Part shown: in pieces, positions 54,601 through 64,000 of the stretch
How positions within the stretch are numbered: the first letter of the stretch is position 1
Layout: each line of letters starts with the position of its first letter
Assembly: GCA_028711115.1 (NCBI GenBank)
Contig: JAQTSV010000001.1
Coordinates: 1,368,928-1,432,927, forward strand
DNA: 64,000 nt
Origin: Candidatus Omnitrophota bacterium
Lineage (GTDB): Bacteria > Omnitrophota > Gorgyraeia > Velamenicoccales > JABMQK01
Direction of reading: 5' to 3'
Translations under genes and position numbers: made by a program
The notes under the pieces: model-generated
Seen by the model: only the letters and a program-made list of their open reading frames with translations
Told to the model about the DNA's origin: nothing
Databases searched by the model: none

Positions 54601-56979
54601 CTAAAGATCGTCAAAAAGATCAGTATCTAACTTACCCGCTAAGACGCTATAAGGATAATCATAGCGATTAATATTACTCCCAATTACAACAACTCCTCTA
54701 ACCTCATCTTTACCTTCCTGCTGTAAAATTGTGGCAATAATATTATTCCTAAGCTCTTTATCTTCTGTCGTATAAAGATACCCTACAATTGAGTACCTTC
54801 TTCTTGGAGGCCCTGATAAAAAATTTACCCAATTATGCGGTTTCTCTGTTCTACCCTTTAGTATTCTTTTCCGCAATATCTCCAAGGCCTTAATGAATTT
54901 TTCTTGGTCTTCCTTTGTAGAATTCAGAAGTATATACGAAGTTTCCAACCAATTCTGGGGTTTTCGTCTATGTATTTGGATTAAGATATCTTTCCACCAA
55001 GTAGTCATACTTAATTCAGGTTGTGCAATGCTAACGCCTTCGCTTTTTCCAATAAAGAATGGGTTTAACTCAAAAGACTTTCCTGTCATGTTTAATGCAA
55101 TATCGCCCTTATATTCGCTCTCTCCAATATTAAAACCGTTATCCAAATAAAAACTAAGTAAATCCATTTCATCACCTTCATAGCGGAAATGATCTTCAAT
55201 CTCTCTCCTCCTTGCAAAATAATGAATCTTTTCTGCTTCTAAAGGCAAAAGTTCAAAAATCAACTCGATATCAGTTAGACTAATTGAAGGAGCTAGCTGA
55301 CCGATGGTTTTTTTCGTAACACCTGCGGCAATCATTTTTCCCTTCAAATTACTACTTATACTACCTAACTGAGATAAAGTAATTCCCAATGGAATGTAAT
55401 AATGAATATTTGTAGAATCAATCCTATTTTCTTCACCTCGCTTGTTCTTAAACACATGAACTTGTTTATTCCCTTCCAGTAGCGTATTAAACCGATGAGC
55501 TTGCTCGGAAGGCTCTTCAATAAGAGTTTTTAAAGTTTCAAACAATCGATCTGGCGCTCCCCGTTTCGCCGGCTTTGTCACTCTTCCAGATTTTGCCTCA
55601 ATAATAAGTGCAAAAGTATCAATAATAACAGTCAGATCATTTTCATATGGTATTTTACTCCCGTCATCGATCCACTGGCTCCCTCGACAAATTTGTGCTG
55701 TTGGGAAATTCAACCTGAACAATCGCTCTATTTCATCTTCAAGATATTTGGATTTAATTTCATTGTTGTATTTGTTAAGCAAATTTTCATCCTGAGAAAT
55801 TAAATACTCGAAGATTTCCATTACTATATGAGGGAAACTCCCCCAGATTGCGGTGTAAAAGTGATCTTCCCCTAAATCAATGAAAGGCCTAATATGGATA
55901 GGATTATCAAGAATAAGATACTCCATATTTGAATCCTTGAGATCTCCAAACTTGTATGATAGCTTGGCTAAAATATTTCTTATGTTACCTCTTTTGCTTT
56001 CATCCTTATACAATGAAACAACGTCATCCAAACTAAACGTATATATTTTGTCTAAACTGAGATCAGCATGACATATTAACAATGATAACAATTTTTTAAG
56101 ATTCTTCCCACACTTATTCCACATTTCTTCAATCTGCTGATCATCCATTTTTATCACATGTGGGAAGGCCTCTCTATAAGCTTCAAGCATTTCCTTACAA
56201 TTTCCTTTTTTGGCAAACGAACGTAATTTACTAATATGTTCATTCATTAGATCTTCGGTGCGACACGCCAACGAAAATAGAATATTAACTATTCTCTCTA
56301 TTTCCACGCCATACAAAATTTCAAAATCAGTCTTAATCATGGAAGCTAGATCGGACACTACTTTTTTTATTTGCTGAGGATATGCCCAATTACGCACAGC
56401 TATAGTATGCTCCATCATACTCACTCTGAGAGTAAATGCATGAAGATCTTCATCGCTTGTAATTTCTTCGGGAATATCTAAAAATCTCATTTGCATAAGC
56501 TGGCCTATATCTTTCAGGTCATTTTTTAAGCGTTCTGCATCATCAAGAAGAGGTTTAGGGGAAATGACTCTATGTTGAAAAAGCGAGAACGCTTGTAATA
56601 ATTCGATACAGTGTTGATATATTTCCAATTTTCCTTCAGCTTCTGGATCGGTACCCTCAGGATGTGACATAAAATAGAATACACAAAAAGATAGGATATA
56701 AAGAGCATCGTAATCTTCAAACCACTTTTTAAGCAAAGGATATTTTAATGAAAAATCCTCCTTTGCTTTCTTACCAATTTTTCTTATAGCATCAATACGA
56801 ACTTCTCTGGAGATTTCGTCTCGAAAAAGTTTGGGCATCTCAAAGAATTTCATTTTTACAGGTTCCCATGGCTTTATTTTATCCCTTCTCCTCTCAAGAA
56901 TAGCCCTACGTCTCTTTCTAGCATCGCGTTTCCGGCGAAGCTTCATCTTCCTTTTCTGATCTCTTGTAATTTTACTCAT
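54601..56979 (-). CDS. Uncharacterised 792-aa protein with central NERD-like PD-(D/E)xK nuclease motif and Lys/Arg-rich N-terminus
   Basis: A single uninterrupted ORF. aa 8-34 read QKRKMKLRRKRDARKRRRAILERRRDK. aa ~411-465 read KYLEDEIERLF...YENDLTVIIDTFALIIEAKSGRV (nt 55585-55749). The rest is unrecognised. Confidence 0.5.
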   Translation of the reverse strand: MSKITRDQKRKMKLRRKRDARKRRRAILERRRDKIKPWEPVKMKFFEMPKLFRDEISREVRIDAIRKIGKKAKEDFSLKYPLLKKWFEDYDALYILSFCVFYFMSHPEGTDPEAEGKLEIYQHCIELLQAFSLFQHRVISPKPLLDDAERLKNDLKDIGQLMQMRFLDIPEEITSDEDLHAFTLRVSMMEHTIAVRNWAYPQQIKKVVSDLASMIKTDFEILYGVEIERIVNILFSLACRTEDLMNEHISKLRSFAKKGNCKEMLEAYREAFPHVIKMDDQQIEEMWNKCGKNLKKLLSLLICHADLSLDKIYTFSLDDVVSLYKDESKRGNIRNILAKLSYKFGDLKDSNMEYLILDNPIHIRPFIDLGEDHFYTAIWGSFPHIVMEIFEYLISQDENLLNKYNNEIKSKYLEDEIERLFRLNFPTAQICRGSQWIDDGSKIPYENDLTVIIDTFALIIEAKSGRVTKPAKRGAPDRLFETLKTLIEEPSEQAHRFNTLLEGNKQVHVFKNKRGEENRIDSTNIHYYIPLGITLSQLGSISSNLKGKMIAAGVTKKTIGQLAPSISLTDIELIFELLPLEAEKIHYFARRREIEDHFRYEGDEMDLLSFYLDNGFNIGESEYKGDIALNMTGKSFELNPFFIGKSEGVSIAQPELSMTTWWKDILIQIHRRKPQNWLETSYILLNSTKEDQEKFIKALEILRKRILKGRTEKPHNWVNFLSGPPRRRYSIVGYLYTTEDKELRNNIIATILQQEGKDEVRGVVVIGSNINRYDYPYSVLAGKLDTDLFDDL

Positions 56980-57110
56980 AATAAATCGTTTAATGCCAAT
57001 TTTGCAGTTTAATTATTGTTGTCTTTGGGGATATGTTTCTTGGGATGTTTAACTTTGAAACAACCCCTCATTAATCTCACAATTATTACTAATTATAAAA
57101 CTGTAAACTT

Positions 57111-59951
<2,841 letters not shown>

Positions 59952-59955
<4 letters not shown>

Positions 59956-60743
59956 TTTATAAAATCTTTTATTAGTTCATTAAATTTATCTGCGCTGGTT
60001 AAAAAAGGCAGATGCCCGCAATTTTCAAATAATTCGACTCTGGAATTTCTAATCTCTTTACCAAGATAATTTTGCGATTCAACGGGACAAATCGGATCGT
60101 CTGAGCCGGAAATTATTAAAACCGGTTGGTTTATTTTCTTTAATCCGTTCCTTAAATCATCTTTTTCGATAATATTAAGGAATTCTCCAAGCGCTTCTTT
60201 TTTGGGCCAGATTTTTCTTTTGGAAATCGCGTCCCAAATTTCTCTAAAACCATTCTGTCCGCGTTCCTGGTTTGTAAATAGCCAGCGCATAAATATGCAA
60301 AGGATTTCAGGATAATTATCCGCGATAAAACTTCTTAATTTTTCTACATCTTTTTCTGATAAGCCGAATTCGTAATCGGCTGACTTTACAAATTTGGCGT
60401 TTGTGCCGATTAAAACAATTTTATGGGTTAACTGTGGGTAATTAAGCGTGAACTTTAACGCTATAAATCCGCCGAAAGAATGCCCAATCAAATTAATCTT
60501 ATCCAATTTCAATTTTTCAAAGATAAAATGCAAATCTTTTACTGAATCTATCTCTTTTTTATATCCGGAATTTCCGTGACCCGGCAAATCCAAAGTAATG
60601 ATTTTATATCCTTTAAAATTATCTATTTGTTTGGACCAAACCTTTGAATCAAACGACCAGCCGTGGATAAATACAAGCATTTTGCCTTTACCTTTTTCTT
60701 CATAAAACCAATTTATCCCCGACGGAGTTTCTATATGAGGCAT
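59952..60743 (-). CDS. bioH: Alpha/beta hydrolase, pimeloyl-ACP methyl ester esterase (BioH-type role)
   Basis: FIHGW oxyanion region, the GHSFGG nucleophile elbow, a C-terminal GHLPF, and its position between bioF and bioC. Confidence 0.75.
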
Positions 60744-61903
60744 AATTCTTTTGCCACCTTTTTGATTTTGGCCAAAGCAAATTCCAAATCTTTTTTTGTA
60801 TGTGTTGCCATTAAAGTTATTCTAAGGCGCGCCAAACCTTGCGGGACTGTAGGCGGCCTGATACCCTGGACAAAGATTCTTTCTTTAAATAACTTTTTGC
60901 TGAATTCCATAGTTAGTTTGGCATCGCCGATTATTAAAGGAATGATTGGCGTTTCATCGTCCGTCACGCTAAATCCCAGGAATTTTAATCCATTCTTAAA
61001 AAAGGAAATGTTTTTCTTAAGTTTAATCCTTAAATTCTTACTGCTTTGCACAATCTCTAATGCTTTTATATTGGCTGCAATAACAGCCGGAGGCAGTGCT
61101 GTGGTATAAATAAATGCGCGGCTTTTATTTATCAAGTATTCAATTAAATCTTTACTGCCACAAACATAAGCTCCGAATCCGCCAAAGGCCTTGCTCAATG
61201 TCCCCATCTGGATTATGTTTTCTTTTTCATTTTCCAAACCAAGATATTCCAAAGCGCCTCTTCCATTTTTACCCAAAACGCCTGTTGCGTGCGCTTCATC
61301 AATCATTAAAAGGCAGTTATATTTTTTAGATAAATTTATCAAATCTTTTAACGCGGCAATATCGCCGTCCATACTGAATACTGAATCAGTAACGATAAGT
61401 TTTTTGTTAAAATTCTCTGATTTCTTAATTAATTCCTCCAAAGTAAAACTATCCTTGTGCGGATAACGCCTGAGTTCTGTGCGGCTTAAAATAATTGCGT
61501 CAATTATTGAAGCATGATTTAATTTATCGCAGAAAACCACGTCGCCCCGACCTACCAGAGCACTTATAATCCCTAAATTTGCCGTATAGCCAGAATTAAA
61601 AACTAAAGCGGATTCGGTTTTTTTGAATTTAGCGATTTTCTCTTCCAATTCCTTATGTAAAATCATATTGCCGCAAACCAGGCGCGACGCGCCGGAGCCG
61701 CAGCCGTATTTTTTTATTGCTGAAATTGATGCCTTCTTTATCCTTTTATCGTTTGCTAGCCCTAAATAATTATTCGAACATAAATTAAGTACTCTTTTCC
61801 CGTCGACAACAAACCATGAATCCTGTTGCGATTCAAGAGTCTTAAGCTGACGCCTGAGCCTTTTTTCTTCTAAATCCAAAAGTTCTTTTTTGAAATCAAA
61901 CAT
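60731..61903 (-). CDS. bioF: 8-amino-7-oxononanoate synthase
   Basis: SNNYLGL, DEAHATGV and GTLSKAFG (PLP lysine) motifs. Confidence 0.92.
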   Translation of the reverse strand: MFDFKKELLDLEEKRLRRQLKTLESQQDSWFVVDGKRVLNLCSNNYLGLANDKRIKKASISAIKKYGCGSGASRLVCGNMILHKELEEKIAKFKKTESALVFNSGYTANLGIISALVGRGDVVFCDKLNHASIIDAIILSRTELRRYPHKDSFTLEELIKKSENFNKKLIVTDSVFSMDGDIAALKDLINLSKKYNCLLMIDEAHATGVLGKNGRGALEYLGLENEKENIIQMGTLSKAFGGFGAYVCGSKDLIEYLINKSRAFIYTTALPPAVIAANIKALEIVQSSKNLRIKLKKNISFFKNGLKFLGFSVTDDETPIIPLIIGDAKLTMEFSKKLFKERIFVQGIRPPTVPQGLARLRITLMATHTKKDLEFALAKIKKVAKELCLI

Positions 61904-61908
61904 ATAAA

Positions 61909-62886
61909 TTAAACCTTTAATCCTAAATTGGAAATCATCTGCAGGTCTTGGTGCGGGGAGCTTCCTTTTGTGGTCAGGTAATCTCCGATAATAATCGCAT
62001 CTGCCCCGGCAAAAAATATCAAAGATTGTAACTGGCCTAGATTGCTCTGTCTGCCACCACAGATCCTTATCTGTTTTGCAGGAAGAATTAAACGGAATAT
62101 GGAGATAAATTTTAATAATTCCAATGGCGAAGGAATTTTATTATTTTCAAAACGCGTGCCCGGTACAGGATTTAGAAAATTCAAAGGGATACAATCAACA
62201 TCCAGCTTTTTTAAATAAAAGGCGAGTTCTATGCGTTCCCTATCGGTTTCGCCCAGGCCGATAATCCCGCCGCAGCAGATTTCAATACCAACTTCTTTTA
62301 AGATTTCCAAAGTCTTTAATCTATCTTTAAACGAATGCGTTGAGCATACCTTGTGAAAATTACTCTCGGCGGTTTCTATGTTGTGGTTATATCTATCCAA
62401 ACCTGCATCTTTTAGTAATTTTGCATTTTCCTTATTTAATTTACCCAAAGACGCATCCATTTTAAGATGCGGGAATTTATTTTTAATCAATCGTATTGCT
62501 TTGCAGATTTCCTTCAACTCTTCTTCATTTACGGAACATCCGCTTGTGACAATGCAAAAGCGGTGCGTTTTATTGACGACCGCTTTTTCTGCGTGTTTTA
62601 AAATCTCCTCGGCATTTATAAGAGGATAGGTCTTTGCCTTTGTTTTGCTATGCGCTGATTGGGCGCAAAATGCGCAATTTTCCGGGCAGCTGCCGCTTTT
62701 GGCGTTTGTAAGAGCGCATAAATCCACGCTGTCGCTTCTAAATTTCTCTTTTACGCTATTAGCTGCCATAAATAACCTGAATAAATCTTCGTATTCGGTT
62801 ATTCCTGCCAAAGCCAGGGATTCGTCAAAAGACAGGTCTTTTTCCTGTAAAACCTTTTCTTCTATTTTTTCTATAATCTTCTGCAT
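61909..62886 (-). CDS. bioB: Biotin synthase
   Basis: CPENCAFCAQS radical-SAM motif and YNHNIET. The start is set at the ATG at 62886 (AAGGAA RBS), because the ORF-track start at 62910 is a TTG that would lie about 14 nt downstream of the inferred TSS. Confidence 0.92.
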   Translation of the reverse strand: MQKIIEKIEEKVLQEKDLSFDESLALAGITEYEDLFRLFMAANSVKEKFRSDSVDLCALTNAKSGSCPENCAFCAQSAHSKTKAKTYPLINAEEILKHAEKAVVNKTHRFCIVTSGCSVNEEELKEICKAIRLIKNKFPHLKMDASLGKLNKENAKLLKDAGLDRYNHNIETAESNFHKVCSTHSFKDRLKTLEILKEVGIEICCGGIIGLGETDRERIELAFYLKKLDVDCIPLNFLNPVPGTRFENNKIPSPLELLKFISIFRLILPAKQIRICGGRQSNLGQLQSLIFFAGADAIIIGDYLTTKGSSPHQDLQMISNLGLKV

Positions 62887-62915
62887 CTTATTGTTTCCTT
62901 GCCAGTTCAAACAAA

Positions 62916-62945
62916 AAGCCCTTTTAAGTTATTATAAAAGGGCTT
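62916..62945 (-). terminator. birA intrinsic terminator (11-bp stem) overlapping the bio promoter -10
   Basis: The minus strand reads AAGCCCUUUUA-uaauaacu-UAAAAGGGCUU followed by UUUGUUU. Confidence 0.6.
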
Positions 62946-62958
62946 GGCTTATTGTCAA
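62931..62958 (-). promoter_or_regulatory. bio operon promoter (-35 TTGACA, 16 nt, -10 TATAAT)
   Basis: The minus strand reads TTGACAataagccaagcccttt TATAAT. The -35 lies inside one arm of the operator. Confidence 0.7.
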
Positions 62959-62985
62959 CTAAATTATTGTTTGTCAGTTGACAAT
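62951..62985. promoter_or_regulatory. BirA operator (bioO): 9-bp perfect inverted repeat ATTGTCAAC-N17-GTTGACAAT
   Basis: The arms are at 62951-62959 and 62977-62985. The TGTnAAC...GTTnACA architecture is typical of BirA sites. The site lies between birA and bioB. Confidence 0.8.
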
Positions 62986-62990
62986 AAAGG

Positions 62991-63947
62991 TTATCTGACT
63001 TTCAATATGTCTCCGGCTGTTATCCTTTCTATATGACCTGAATCTTTCTTTAATAATAAAGCGCCTTGCTCGTCGATATCCAGCGCCTGGCCTTCGATAT
63101 ATTCTTTGCGAAAGTGCACTCTTATCCTGTGGCCTAGAGTGGCGGAAAGTTTTTTCCACTTCTCAATAATAGTTTTAAATCCTTCTTTCTGAAATAAAAT
63201 ATATTCCCTTTCCAGTTGTTTCAAAATTTCTCTGGCTAATTCAATCCTGGAAATGCGTTCTCCTGACTGTTCCTTAAGCGAAGTAGATTTAACTGGCAAC
63301 AATGACTCTGAAGTATTTACATTTATGCCTATGCCGATAACAACGAACCTAACCATATCCGTATCAGCATTCATCTCCGTTAATATCCCCCCGACTTTTT
63401 TATTATCTATAATTAAGTCGTTGGGCCATTTTATAAAACACTCCAATCCGGTTATCTGTCTTATCGCCTGGCATACAGCTACGGCGCTAAGCAGTGTTAA
63501 TTTGGGGCATTCATTGGGCGAAATCTTTGGTCTTAAAATTAGCGAAAAATAGATACCTTTATTTTTAGGCGATGACCAGAATCTGCTTAATCTGCCCCTG
63601 CCTTTATATTGGCCCTCCGCAAATACAACTACGCCTTCTTTGCAGCCCTTTATAGCCAAATCCATAGCTATATCCATACTCGACGGAACCATATCATAGT
63701 GATAGATTTCCCGTCCCATAATTTTTGTATTGAGGCCCGGGGAGATTTCTTCGGGCAGTAACTGATCTGGGATAGATACCAATTCGTAGCCTAAATGAGG
63801 GACAGCGATAATTTCGTAACCTTCCTGCCTTAATTCCTGGACATGCTTCCAGATAGCGGAGCGGCTTATATCAAGCTGCCTGCTGATTTCTTCGCCAGAA
63901 ACATAAGCAGTGGCGTTACGCAGTAAAGCTAAAATCTTTTTGTTCAT
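62991..63947 (-). CDS. birA: Bifunctional biotin-protein ligase / bio operon repressor (class II BirA with N-terminal HTH)
   Basis: N-terminus has SGEEISRQLDISRSAIWKHV as an HTH. The GRGRLSRFWSS biotin-binding loop and KWPNDL are present. Confidence 0.93.
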   Translation of the reverse strand: MNKKILALLRNATAYVSGEEISRQLDISRSAIWKHVQELRQEGYEIIAVPHLGYELVSIPDQLLPEEISPGLNTKIMGREIYHYDMVPSSMDIAMDLAIKGCKEGVVVFAEGQYKGRGRLSRFWSSPKNKGIYFSLILRPKISPNECPKLTLLSAVAVCQAIRQITGLECFIKWPNDLIIDNKKVGGILTEMNADTDMVRFVVIGIGINVNTSESLLPVKSTSLKEQSGERISRIELAREILKQLEREYILFQKEGFKTIIEKWKKLSATLGHRIRVHFRKEYIEGQALDIDEQGALLLKKDSGHIERITAGDILKVR

Positions 63948-64000
63948 TTATCTTTATTATACAATGGCGACATGGAGCGTAATTTTACAACTATCTGGGG

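Noticed and set aside
57025-57067. Direct repeat TTGGGGATATGTTTC / TTGGGATGTTT and imperfect inverted repeat GGGGATATGTTTC…GAAACAACCCC upstream of the NERD-like gene
   Set aside because: It is short and imperfect, has no U-tract (so it is not a convincing bioD/A terminator) and has no recognisable operator consensus. It may still be regulatory, but I cannot support that from sequence alone.

Overview
64-kb window from a low-GC bacterial chromosome (about 40% GC by eye). The organism is very probably an anaerobe, because it carries pyruvate:ferredoxin oxidoreductase with a ferredoxin, a full Rnf complex and a thiol-redox cluster. I cannot assign a lineage from the sequence alone. I support 68 protein-coding genes, 64 of them on the minus strand, and 2 tRNAs (initiator tRNA-Met and tRNA-Thr-CGU). 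I found no rRNA, CRISPR array, transposase or integrase. Reading the minus strand from high to low coordinates, the content is: birA; a BirA-operator-controlled bioB-bioF-bioH-bioC-bioD/A operon; an orphan 792-aa protein with a NERD-like nuclease core; mnmA; a secreted clan GH-A glycosidase whose catalytic motifs resemble fungal GH72; nadA-dgkA-marC; tRNA-Thr; an MFS gene with rnfCDGEAB and purN; a divergent ftsH-like gene and lipoprotein pair on the plus strand; eno-ftsB-tRNA-fMet; a ~5-kb islet of lipoproteins, small membrane proteins, a GH18 and an FG-GAP protein; then a ~31.5-kb run of 35 co-directional genes. That run is purB-C-(S)L, an AT-rich orphan, a LOG gene, purQ-F-M-D-E, tsaC::LMW-PTP, rpiB, glyA, dCMP deaminase, nrdR, DUF151 nuclease, a phosphoesterase, cca, macro::Nudix, a PQ-loop protein, ttcA, rmuC, pgeF, a flavodoxin/grx/cutA/ccdA/tlpA/fur redox cluster, a PAS-HK-PilZ kinase, and por-fdx-radical SAM. 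The best candidate for an undescribed system is the orphan NERD-like protein at 54601-56979, but that reading is inference only. Other items worth a second look are several unusual gene fusions, a c-di-GMP-linked histidine kinase, heptanucleotide repeats inside purL, REP-like twin hairpins, and paired hairpins that bracket a two-gene unit next to tRNA-fMet. All calls come from reading the ORF translations and the DNA by eye. No searches were run.
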